Shown: piece after piece, positions 51,660 through 64,000 of the stretch
Numbering within the stretch: position 1 is the first letter of the stretch
Layout: each line of letters opens with the position of its first letter
NCBI RefSeq assembly: GCF_006345805.1
Contig: NC_042997.1
Coordinates: 161,076,001-161,140,000 of the forward strand
Reading direction: 5' to 3'
Origin: Octopus sinensis
Lineage: Eukaryota
DNA length: 64,000 nucleotides
Made by a program: the position numbers and the translations under genes
Notes under the pieces: model-generated
What the model was told of the DNA's origin: nothing
The model's database searches: none
The model's input: the letters and a program-made list of their open reading frames with translations, nothing else

Positions 51660-52035
51660 TATTACCTCCGCCTTAGTGAAGGCGATGGTATTGTTTCAGT
51701 TGTGTTTGTTTATTTGTCCGTGGACGAGATATCGCAAAAACCGCTAGATGGATTCGGATGAAACTTTAAGGAATGTCTGGCCTCATGACTGGCACGAACC
51801 GATTAGATTTTGGGATCGATTCGGTACAAGACAAGGATTCGGGATTATTTGTCTCGATTTTTCTTTTAACTTAATTTTTGAGAGCCGTCGGGTTCATTTT
51901 TAGTATTCTCGTTTGTGAGAGTAGACGAGTTTGTTTCAGATATTCTCGCTTTAAAAATTATCTCTGGCTAATCGTTGAGAGGACGTTGGTGTTGCCTTGT
52001 CGGAGGTTTGCGCTCTCTCAGTGATCTTGTTTAGT
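51660..52035 (+). mobile_element. Helentron-associated (HINE/DINE-like) non-autonomous element
   Basis: 5' ttattacctccgcc, gatggattcggatgaaactt, subterminal inverted gtcggaggt, then gcgctctctcagtg...tagtt. Confidence 0.7.
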
Positions 52036-52154
52036 TTTATTTCAAGATTTCTTGCTAATAAAGAAAGAGATGGTTTCTAACCAAGGCTCCTTCATTGATT
52101 TTTCAACATCAACAAGAGGGTATTTTTGTATGTATGTATGTATGTATGTATGTA

Positions 52155-52478
52155 GAAGGAGCACTCCGTCGTTTGCGATGACGAAGTTCTCAGCTGATAC
52201 GATCAACGGAACAGCCTGCTCGTGGGATTAACGTGCAAGTGGCTGAGCACTCCACAAACACGTGTACCCTTAACGTAGTTCTCGGGGAGATTCAGCGTGA
52301 CACAGAGTGTGACAAGGCTGGCCCTTTGAAATACAGGTACTACTCATTTTTGCCAGCTGAGGGGACTGGAGCAACGTGAAATGAAGTGTCTTGCTCAAGG
52401 ACACAACGCGCCGCCTGGAATTGAACTCACGACCTTACTATCATGAGCCGAATGCCCCAAAGCACTAAACCAAGCGCA
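52155..52478 (-). mobile_element. tRNA-derived SINE (same family as 5191-5514)
   Basis: Shared cagctgatacgatcaacggaacagcctgctcgtg...aaggacacaacgcg. Confidence 0.85.
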
Positions 52479-52559
52479 TGTATGTATGTATGTATATGTG
52501 CAGAATTGTATGTTTTATTTTATGTATGTATTCTCATGTATATAGTTTTACAGATTGTT

Positions 52560-53010
52560 ACAGTTCCAGTGATGGATTGGGTCTGTAATCTTCGAATTAG
52601 CTTTCTCCTTTCTGGTTTTGAGAAACCTAATTTCTCAAGAATGAATTTTTAGACAGTGTGTCACATATCCCAGGGCCCCAATAATTACAGGTATAAACCT
52701 GGCCTTGTAATCTAGATATAGTGACTGCAGATTTCTACAGTTTCTGTTCTCTATCCCAAATCCTTATATCAGATCTGTTCTGCTCACATATTATTGAGCT
52801 TTACAAGGGGACATTCCACCAATACTCCTTTTTATTATGAGTGGTTATGGTTTCTACCATACTTCGGGTTCTTATTGCTTTGTTCTTGGGATTATCCTTC
52901 CTACGGATTCCATTATAGAGTGTCCTAGCTACAAAATCATGTCTCATTTGTAGATAATACCGTGATGACATTTTCGGACAACTATCTTCGGTGCCAACTT
53001 CACAAAGTCT
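52560..53010 (-). mobile_element. RLE-clade LINE C-terminal remnant
   Basis: SCPKMSSRYYLxMRHDFVARTLY (CCHC end), HNKKEYWWNVP, LQSLYLDYK.RFIPVIIGALGYV; internal deletion. Confidence 0.7.
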
Positions 53011-53084
53011 GCCTCCGTTTTCACATTTTACTGTTTTTTATGTATGTATGTATGTATGTATGTATGTATGTATGTATGTTTGTT

Positions 53085-53335
53085 TGTGGAAGACCAGCAA
53101 TCGCCCATGCATACCAGTCTCCGCTCCTCACAAAAACCGATGTTGTCCAGGGGAAAGTCAAAGGCCGACACAACTTGGCACCAGCGACGTCGCAACTTAT
53201 TTACAAAAACGAATGAATTGGAGCAACGTGGAATAAAGTGTCTTGTTGAAGAAATCAACTCACATTTTGGTCTGGAATTGAACTCACAACCTCTCGACTG
53301 TAAACCCGTCGCCCTACCCACTGAGACATGCTCCT
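53085..53335 (-). mobile_element. tRNA-derived SINE variant
   Basis: Minus: ggagcatgtctcagtgggtagggcgacggg...gagttcaattccagacc; core ttggagcaacgtggaataaagtgtcttg shared with the 5.2 kb family. Confidence 0.75.
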
Positions 53336-55164
53336 TCACAACATACATACACAAATATATGCGTGTATTTGTGTGCATGTATTATGTATGTATGTATGTA
53401 TATATGTATGTATATACGTACGTACGTATGTATGTGTGTGTGTATGTATGTATGTATGCATATATCTACGTACGTATGCATGTATGTATGTATGCTTGCA
53501 AGATGGAGAGTTGCCGAAGATGAAATACCAGAGTTCAAGGAGAATGATAGTTTCGAATCATTAAGAGAGGTGAGAAACGTGATAATTTAGATTCACGTTC
53601 TTCACACATTTGCATTCTCAGTTGATTACTCTATCGATTGGAGAAGGTACTGGAGTACATCTTCCACGAGGTGCAATCAACAAAGCATGAAATGGTTCAT
53701 CAGTATTCCCCATAACTTTTTTTTCAGCACATTGGAAGTGTAGTTGGTATGTGTTTGCCATTTTATGTACTTCATTATCACAGCTAAGGTCTTCTCACAT
53801 GTAAATTTTTGATCCACGATGTGCTATGCATAAAATATGTAGATACTTTACTTTTCTTTACTCTTGCGTAGATGTTTGAAAAGGAAGTAAACATATTTGT
53901 CATTCAATTACCTCCCACCAAAAAGGAAATTACTTAAACCAAACGCTCGATTGGGACACCATAAATATAAATAGGTTCAAGGTCAACATTCAATCCATTA
54001 TGTCAGTGATTTTTGACACCGGAATAAAGCCGAAAATTTGATGGGGTGAGACATGTCAGATATATAGTTCCCAGAATTCTAGTGGTGCTTGTTTTATCGA
54101 TCCCAGAAGGGTGACAGACAAATGACATCAGCGGGATTTGAACACAGAACATACAAATATGTAACTAGATACAGTATCACATATTCCACTGATTCTTCCA
54201 ATCAACTTCTTTACAGCAACGTAATATTAATGTAGAACATGTTTTGTGATCAAACATCAAAGCCAGAATCAAAAGTAAAAGCGTGCCTTCTTAGAATTAA
54301 TTGATAATTAACATAGGAAAGTAATAGCATGATAATGAGATATTCTTTGATGGCTTATAGAAGAGCGGATATTACACTAATGCGATTTTTATTTCTCACA
54401 ATTACAGTTTTAATCAAAGTAAACGTATATGTAGTTCATGGAAATATCTCGATTTTTGTTCCTAATTATAATCGGTTGACACAACTCGAACCACATATCT
54501 ATCGCCTAATAAACAATCGTATTACTAACTGTAACAAATTCAGTGGATATCCTGCACCTTTTAGTGGTCACATTAATGTTTCCATGGGTATAATGTTTCA
54601 TTGCGTGCTCATTTAATCCATAGGCGGTGTTGCTGTTGTCTATCACCTTGTCAACACTGAATGCTTAAACCGATATATGAAGGCGTTCCAATTACGGTCA
54701 TCCCTTATTGTTATGTGTAAGATTACAGGCCTTAACATGTCATTTATCTAAGACAATAAATGTAATTTGAGGATATTTTGCCACTATTTCTAGTGTGGAT
54801 CAGTAAGAGCTTCTTTCTACCTCATTAAAATCTTAGTTGATAAGTCATAATTTTAATCACTTTCTCAGATTAATTATTGAAGAATCATCGATCGAGACGT
54901 GTGGCCTTATATTAAAGGTCTAACTCAGCGTAGTTGACTGACAACAAATTAAATATGTAAGAGACGGACGGGTGCAATGCACATTAACTATTCAGTTTAA
55001 AGAGAAAACACACATAATTTGATATGATGACATCATTAACATAGTCATCCCAATAGCTGTAAATACTTTGTTTTAGTTTCGTTATTGAGTTTATTGGTCT
55101 CCGATTTAAAAATCCAGTTTTCAAAAACAAAATTTAATATTGGTTATACTAATAATTTATACAT

Positions 55165-55490
55165 AGCTGTGTGGTAAGAAGCTTGCTTCCCAACCATATG
55201 GTTCGAGTTCAGTCCCACTGGGAGGCACCTTGGGTAAGTGTCCTCTGCTGTTGCCTCAGGCTGATTAAAGCTTTGTGAGTGAGTCTCGTGGACAGAAACT
55301 GAAAGAAGCCTATCGCATATATATACGTGTGTGTCTACTTTCATGTTTTGTCCCCAACCACAGCTTGACCACTGGTATTGGTGAATTTACGTCCCCGTAA
55401 CTTAGCATTTCAGCAAAAGAGAACGATAGAATAGATACTAGTCTTTAAAAAATATAAATACTAAGGTGGATTCATTCGACTAAAAAGTTT
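55165..55490 (+). mobile_element. tRNA-derived SINE (26.2 kb family)
   Basis: ctgtgtggtaagaagcttgcttcccaaccatatggttcgagttcagtcccactg...gaaactgaaagaagcc. Confidence 0.8.
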
Positions 55491-55797
55491 TCACGTCGGC
55501 GTCTAATGATTGAAATAAGTAAAAACTATTTAAAAAAAACGGAAATAGTCGTCAGTCGCGCTTACTCATATGAAGACGACACATCCTATTCGTCCCCGAG
55601 ACAGTCTCCAATTCATCTCTGTTAAGAAACATTATGTCTGTGCTTACATAGTCTCTTTTCTTTCTAGCACCTCTGTCATTTGTGTATCATTATTAATTGC
55701 TTTCAGTTACTCACCATATATGTACCTGCACCATTCCTCGCTTACTTCGAATCACCAACAACTCTGGAACCATATATACATACATATATATATATAG

Positions 55798-55842
<45 letters not shown>

Positions 55843-57548
55843 TACACACGCACGCACATACACACACACACACACTCACATACACACACACACACACTCA
55901 CACACATATATATAACTTCACATTACTCCGAGGACATCGTCTTCGCTGGCTTCCACATTTACAACTGCTCGTGATTCTTTCGCTCATCCCACATCAATGA
56001 CGCCGATGAAAGCACTTAATCTCTTGCAATCGTAATCTTTTTTTTCATTTATTTGTTTCCTATCCTACATGCAACCCAGTTCGGCACGCAAATACTCCAA
56101 ATAGCTTCCATTTCTATTCTCAAAACCAAAGACATAATAAACTATAACTGTTTCCATACCTTTCGAGTCATCCAATAGCTGTCACTTCCACCACTAATCA
56201 CCACACATCCATATACCACGCAACAAGCCCGGAAACTTGTACCTTGTAGTACTACAAGTCAACTGACTAATCAGAGCTCCACCAGATTTCAAACAGCTAA
56301 CCCTAGCAGCATGTGCCTCGTTCCTGATTCATCAACAACGGCTAACCAATTGATTGAAATTATAGTTTTAGGCACGTCTTTCAACATTCTGCACGCAAGA
56401 AAAACTCAGTGCTCTATGTCCCTAATCCATAGTTGTGCTGAAGCTGTTCAGAAAAAGAAAATAAGGCTTACAACGACTGGAAAAATCCAACCCACTCCCA
56501 CAAAAGATGTGTGGCATTTATCCAGTAATTCAACATCTGCAGGATCACTACATCAACCTCAAAATCTTATATCGTGTATTGTACAGCTCTCAAGCTATAC
56601 TCACCTTTCCAACTACAGCTGATTGCTCTGGTTTCTTGGCAAAATTATTTCCACTACATGAAGGGTTTTCCTTCAATCTATTTCATAACAATGATGATTC
56701 TGTGAGCAGTGACACATCCACCTGCAAGAAAACCTTCACAAAGACTTATTTACATTTCTTACTCGTTTTTGTTTCTTCTTTTTGTTTCCTTCTTTGCATT
56801 CTAAATGCAAACAAGCTTTCTAGTAAGATTAAAGCTTAGAGTAAGGAGGAAAAGTTGCTCTAATATAAACGTCTCCCAAGATTACACAAGATGCTAGGAT
56901 CAAATACCGTAGGCAACCTTCAGTTTTTCTGCCATTCCAGGCATTTTTAATTTATTGTATTATATGCTATTATTTATAAGTGATTTCACTTTTGAGGTAT
57001 ATTTAGATCAAGTGTAATATCGGCATATTTAAGTTTTCCTTTAACAGTAAGAACGGCTGTGAAACGCAGACAAAATGCATATGCGTTTTTAAATATATCT
57101 GGGAGCAGGAACTTATTAATTTATTCATAATACAGGCTACATTGAATAATCAATATTCCATGTAGGTGTACTTATAATTTTTTTGAAAGCCTGTAGTGAA
57201 ATGAAAACAAATTTAAATACATTTTAATTAATTAACTAATTAATTAATTAATTGGTCAATTAATGAACAGCCATGCCAAATATTCTTCGTTGTATAAATG
57301 TGACTAACCATTTCAGTTTAGTGAAAGTTATTTTGATATAGAGACCTATCGGCTATGAATATTTCCCTGCAGATGGTCATGTTACTAGTTAGAATAATAT
57401 TTTTATGCCCATGGAAAGATACAAAATTTTGTTTCCGTATGTTTACATTCCGCTGTGAGGCTAATGAGATATGTGTGTGAGTGTGTATGTTGCATATATG
57501 TATGTGTGTATATGTGTGTGTTCGTGTGTGTATTATAAATATTATGTA

Positions 57549-57619
<71 letters not shown>

Positions 57620-57820
57620 ATTCGAGACAAAACCACTATTTTAAGACCAAACAAGGAAAGACTTAATCAATACATAAAATTTTAAAATAGTGGTCTTAAA
57701 ATAGTGGTTTTGTCTCGAATTATATTATATTATATAATATTATATAATATTTTACTATAAAATTGGATTTAACCCTAAATCTGATTTTTCCCTGTAATTT
57801 TGGATTCATTCCCTAATATT

Positions 57821-57871
<51 letters not shown>

Positions 57872-57935
57872 ACATACACAGACGTAAAACCCCCTCCTTC
57901 ACAATGTCTTCATACGTACACACGTATCAATATAC

Positions 57936-57984
<49 letters not shown>

Positions 57985-58209
57985 CTCCCGCACACGCACA
58001 CAAATATATATACACATATGCATACACCCCATCACACACATGCACCCGCGCACACACAACCATATGCTAATCCATATAAGTGAAGGGGACGTGTGCACAT
58101 GGAAATCGCACATATGCACCAGACACACCCAGCCACATATACATGCATATAATAGATATACATACACACACACCACACATATAAAAAGGAAAAATACAAA
58201 AATATATAA

Positions 58210-59680
58210 AAAACAATATATAAATTAAAACTAAATATTAATGGGAGTTAAAATGTATGGGAAAGATTGTGCATGAACATAGTAGAAATGTGGTCTCTAA
58301 CCGTAACAGGTATTTTGTGACATATGGACATAAACCAAAGAGTTCAATTCTTGAATGTAAACATGCTGCGAGGATTAAGGAACTTTTCCAGATGAGCCAT
58401 CTTTCTAGGTTACAAAGACCGCATTTGCCACTATCATTGGTATAAGGATTACATTTGGCTAAGATCTTCCAGTAGATACTGTAGTTGACACCTTGTTCTT
58501 TTAAGAACCGTATATAACTTGGTAATTTAGTAGTCTTTCGTTTATTCCAGTGCCTGAAGTTTAAGGTGTGATCGTTAAATCTTCCTTTAAAATTTTCCTT
58601 TGTGATACCCACATATCTCTTGGAGGAAACTGTATTATTAGTGTTGGTGGAATTTACAGTAGTTTCATAAATAATGGCCTCGATCATACAGGCACCATTT
58701 AGTGGAACAGCCTGCAGGAACAACCGGCTTCGTTGTGTTGTCTTGTATTGTGCGTGATCATGCTTTTAAAATTTGGGGTTTAGCTAAAATTAATTTAAGG
58801 AGTTTTCTATATTTGTGATATATTGGAAAATGTATATCTATGAGTGATAAGAAATATTTGCCTATATTAAAAGTCCCTTCAAGGGATTAAGGGGGTGTGA
58901 ACGAGATAATTTTCCTGTGTCTATGTTTCTTTTTCTTTATTTTTGGTCGAATGGTAGGGGTATAACCTATTTCCTCTTTAAATCCACTAGCTTTGAGGGC
59001 ATTGTTATATAGGGGGCAGCATTATTAAATATGTTTATATTGAAGGAGAGGATAGACATACTACTAATATTGACTAAATTCTTAAACACTATGGGAGGTG
59101 ACAGGAACCTACATTAATATAACTAAGTCTATCGTTGGGTTTTCTATAAGGTTTCTAAATATTTTCTTGCAGATCTAGAGATACGTCAAAGAAATTGACA
59201 ACCGTTGGTATCTATCGTTAACTTAAGATCGAATGTTTTCATGAGTTGGATAATATCCTTCCTTAAACGATCTTGCGCTGACCCATTGGTAATCTTAGTT
59301 AAAACTACAGCATCGTGCCTATAAATAGTAAAATATATACCAGGAAAGGCTTTTCCGAACGTGGCGAGCAGAAATAGCCCAATGAGATCGCATGTCTACT
59401 CCATTATATGACCCCATGCTCACATCGAAAGTACCCTCTATGCCTGCTGTCTTTACCCACTCTGCGTTCTTGCTGAAGAGTAAGGTCTTTCTAGCATGGA
59501 GGATTATATCTGTATATTTCTGTATAATTGCCTGCGAATGTGAGGGCTTTATCTTGTAGTTTTTTTAGAAATAGATACATAGAAATCTGCAGTATCGAAT
59601 TGTGTAAATCTGGCTTTATCATTATTTTTAATTACTTTAAACCAGTTAACAACTTCAGTACTATTTTTCTATACTAATTA
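58210..59680 (-). mobile_element. Degraded Naiad-like Penelope element (RT + GIY-YIG)
   Basis: VVNWFK, QFDTADFYVSIS, IILHARKTLLF, FDVSMGSY, YRHDA (decayed YRDD), PYRKPN, CHLPIVFKNL, LNGAC..IIYETTV..RYVGITK..FKGRFNDH; same family as 37.1-38.0 kb. Confidence 0.85.
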
Positions 59681-61084
59681 TTTTCCTCCAGTTGACATTT
59701 AAAATTGGTGTTTAATATATTTTTTATCTTTTTCTTTTTTTCTCTTTTTCCTTTTTCTCTTTTTCCACCTATTAAAATTACTTCCCTTATATTTAAAGGT
59801 TTTTTTTAGCGTCTGTTGCAATTCCATAAACGACGAAAATGTACCGTAGCTCTTTGCTCCGACATTCAAACATCTGAGTACTAATAATGTCAACCGTTTA
59901 CTGTTTGCTCCCTGAATAAGGATTGTTTAAGGATGTTGAAAGAACCACCCATGTTTCCAGAGGTGAATTATCCAAACCTCCAAGAATTCCTTTCAACACA
60001 CGGCTATGATGCTCCCCCACTACTTCTGCTCGTGATCAGAGATGCACATATCATCAGCCACTAAGGGACATACTCAGCTGGTTAAGGTCAAACAACTGAC
60101 AAGCAAATCTGTAGTATTGAGCAGAATATTTGCTGTAGCCCATCTTTTATACCAAGACAAAACAATGTACATGATAATACTTCCAATTATTTAAGATCAG
60201 AAGCCATAAGAGCCACTGTTTCGTACTGCATCATTATTATTATTATATGTACCTATGAATGTATGTATGTATGCATGTATGTATGTATGTATGTATGTAA
60301 GTATGTATGCATGTATGTATGTATGTATGCATGCATGTATGTATATATGTATGTATGTATGTATATATGAATGTATGTATGTTTGTATGTATACTTCAGT
60401 GTGTGTGTGTTCGTATATTTCTGGAAAAAAACACCTTTATTTGAATAGTCTAAATCAATCAAAACGAGTGTAGATTCTCAAATATTCTGTCGTGTATTCC
60501 TTATTCCGCCTTTCAATAACCATACAGAATCATTTGATTTTAATATTATTTAGTTATTGTGACTAATCATTTAAATGAAATCAAGCTGCCATCATTGACA
60601 ATATATTGTTACACTTGACCTTTAACTTGATAGTTATCACGCTGATTGAACTTTATCTGGATTGCAATTGATTCTAAAGATTTTATCATTAAGTTACATT
60701 CATATATTTTTCGTTATTTTCCAAGGGTTGCAGATTAAGTTTTCAGTTGTATTAATTTGTTATAGTTCTTGAAGATTTTATATTTCTGATTTATTGCTTT
60801 TGCAATGAAGATTATATTTCTAAAGTCAAATTATTTTTCCCCAGTTGACATTTAGGATTGATTTTCTTGTAAGTACGTATTAAAAACGATTAACTTAGTC
60901 TACTAGCAAGTGACGTAGCTAAAATATGGATAAAAGATAACTTATGCTGAAATTTAAGACTTAGGATTGTCTCGACCTTTAATAATTATCGTGAAAAAAC
61001 CTAAGCGAAATATATAATACGATGCTATATATAGTACTGCAAAACTAAGCATATACTCAAATAATATAATTATAAGCGTTTATA

Positions 61085-61308
61085 TACGAGAGTGTGCTGA
61101 AACGTTCCTGACTTTAAGGGTATCACGAAAGACCTGGTTGGAGGCCTAACCTTCCGAGTTCTTTTGCAGGGCTGAGAAGAACTGAAGGACCGCTGCATTA
61201 AATGTGTGAATCTGAGAGGAGAATATGTTGAATAATAACACAATTAAGTGATCCTCTTGTATTTTCTTTTACCGAAAACCAGGAACTTTTCAACCCACCC
61301 CACTCGTA
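61085..61308 (+). mobile_element. mariner-derived MITE
   Basis: TA-cgagagtgtgctgaaacgttcctg ... caggaacttttcaacccaccccactcg-TA; retains the transposase C-terminus LKDRCIKCVNLRGEYVE*. Confidence 0.8.
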
Positions 61309-61599
61309 TGTAGCGTGTATGCAAATCATAATATATGTATATACTTCACTTTTACTTTTACGTTTCAATCAGAGACTGAATCCAAGGCCGGCGTCGCAGT
61401 TTGCTGTCTGTGAATGAGGAAGATGGACAACGTCGGATTCATTTGTGTTCTGCCTTGATGCGGGATCATCAGGCAAACCAGATAAAAAAAATTTCTGCAT
61501 ATTTTTAATATATCCCCATTTACACCTTGTAAATCTTTGTAGAATTTTTTGGCGAGGTAATTAGATGATGTGGGCTACTGAACTGTGCGTCAAACTAGG

Positions 61600-62240
61600 T
61601 GGATTGTTTCTTTGTTTCTGGTTCAAAGTGTCGAAGCCAACACTCATCCTGGTTTCGGAAAAATTCAGGGAAACCAGCTGGATTTGTTTCAAACAATGTC
61701 AGATTTTACCGTGACATGATCAACCTTGTGCGCTTTTGATCAGATGTCAGCAAATGTGAAAGCCAGCAAACAGAAACCTTCGTCATGCCAAGTCTATTGC
61801 ACAGAATATTCCCAACTCTCTTATGTTAATAACATCGGTAATTTGATTTATAGTCAACCACTTGTCACCAATCACCATCAATGTTTTCCCACGGGTTGGG
61901 AGTAGCAGGACGTCCAGACCTTGGGTCATCTTCCAAAATCTACCTTCAATTCTTAATTTCAGCTGCCCACTTTTGCACTATTGATAAATCTGGCTGGAGT
62001 AGCATCCCCTAATGTAATAACGATATCAGCATGCATGTTCTGGGGAGCTAAACCCTTATTCTGCAAATACTTTATAAAAACGAAATTTTGTCCATTTTCA
62101 AGAGAAGATGCTACTAGTTAGTTCTGAAGCCTTCTTTGAACAGTGAAATGTCAGTTTATCTGAAAAGAATCTATGCACTTATTGATAAGAAGGGTTGGGA
62201 TTAATGCATGCAAGATTTCATAACTCTAGCATCATTCCTT
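61600..62240 (-). mobile_element. Degraded mariner, same family as 31.06-32.3 kb
   Basis: Aligns with about 31650-32290 (ctggttcaaagtg..gagccaacactcat, gtgcgcttttgatcag, tagtgcatgcaagatttca). Confidence 0.75.
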
Positions 62241-62293
62241 CATTGTCAACCTATGAATTATTCAATCCATTCTCATATACATATATATGTATG

Positions 62294-62342
<49 letters not shown>

Positions 62343-62964
62343 GTGTGTCTGTATGTAGGTTCAAACACACACACAAGTACACACTCGTACACAAATGCAT
62401 ATACATACACAAACACATATTTATGTGCATTCATCTGGTGAAGCAGAGAAAATAAAAAATATCTCAACTACTACAGTAAGAGTTCCCCGATATTATGTAT
62501 TAAACGGCGTTAGATCAAAAACAACACTAGAAGAATGTGTGCCTAACACACACACACACACACACAGACATACACAAGCACACACACGCACATACACACA
62601 CAGAGAAACGTGAATAATGACTGACATTTAGAAAAAAATATTTATTATGACAAATTTACACGATGAACTTGCTTTTGTTTTGGCGGAAGAAAGAAAACAA
62701 ACTGGTTATATTCAAAATTGCTTCTATCTACATTTATGATTATATTTACCACCTGTATTCCTATTTTAGTGAATGTAAGTTATATTCCTTCAAGAGAGGT
62801 GTTTAAAAGGTTTGGTGACAGTAAAGGTGCTGAGCTGTAAAATACAGCTTAATAAATCGTCCAGCACGTACTAGCATGGAAAAGTGGATTGATGATTAAA
62901 AGTTTCTAAAATAAATATAACTCGCTTTTCCTTTTTTCTTTTCTCCTTTCTCTTTTTTATTATT

Positions 62965-63378
<414 letters not shown>

Positions 63379-64000
63379 ATATCTTCCATATATCTGATTT
63401 AAAATGAAAATATACGATGATGAAATATAATTCATTAACTAGCCATCTGTATTTCCTTACTCCACGGTGGAGACATGATACAGAAAAGAGGCGTGATGAT
63501 GGATATGAAACCAACGAGAAATATCAAATATTAAATAATGCATGCAATATAACATATCGGGACTTTTATGATAGGTAAGTTTAAAAAATAAGAAAAACAA
63601 CATAGAGAGAGACAGAGACAGACAGACAGACAGATATACAGACAGACATTTAGAGATAGGAAAAGAAAGAAATAGTGGCCTACATTGTTGAATTTGAAAT
63701 ACATGTCAAATCTCACTCTAATTACATCCTACTGTCTTGAAAAGAGAGTAATATGAATAATGTTGTCCTTAGATACGAAAACCTCGTGAGAAGAGCGAGG
63801 TGGAACACTTTTGCAGACGGATCTGCTCACTTAATGTTTATCGAAGGCTAAATAATAATGTATGATACTGGCTTCTTCCTTTCATCAGATACAAAAGGAA
63901 AAATGAAAAAAATCCTCAAAATAAATCAAAAACCTTTAGATAGAAAGATTTAAATACTTTCTATCTCTTGATATCTATACCTGAAGGAATTATTGCATAC

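Noticed and set aside
56300-56840. Possible LINE inter-domain remnant (CAEAVQKK..AYNDWK)
   Set aside because: Too decayed to assign with confidence.

Overview
Very AT-rich, microsatellite-saturated eukaryotic DNA with no intact host gene recognisable. The repeat repertoire (tRNA-derived SINE families, (TA)n/(TACA)n/(TCTA)n tracts, Penelope-like elements, mariners) suggests an octopus/cephalopod intronic or intergenic region; this is an inference from repeat style. Almost all ORF-track entries are microsatellite read-through. Real coding remnants are all transposon-derived: a near-intact 5'-truncated Neptune-like Penelope element (38.1-40.8 kb, RT + GIY-YIG), two Naiad-like Penelope fragments (37.1-38.0 and 58.2-59.7 kb), L2/CR1-type LINEs, R4/Dong-type restriction-like-endonuclease LINE fragments, mariner/Tc1 remnants, hAT and mariner MITEs and Helitron/Helentron-like non-autonomous elements. 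The most notable signal is non-coding. Seven different repeat families carry type I hammerhead-ribozyme-like motifs (13 copies), mostly inside long fold-back (inverted) structures inserted in (TA)n. Across them the core 3-8 pair appears as C-G, U-A and G-C. One locus (9.70-10.58 kb) holds two head-to-head, differently circularly permuted, terminally redundant copies of the same hammerhead-bearing unit, as expected for retrotranscription of a circular or multimeric (retrozyme-like) RNA. Another family fuses a tRNA-like head to a hammerhead body. Two weak candidate minus-strand exons (29.2 and 23.0 kb) may belong to an unidentified host gene. All ribozyme calls are by-eye structural fits and are untested.
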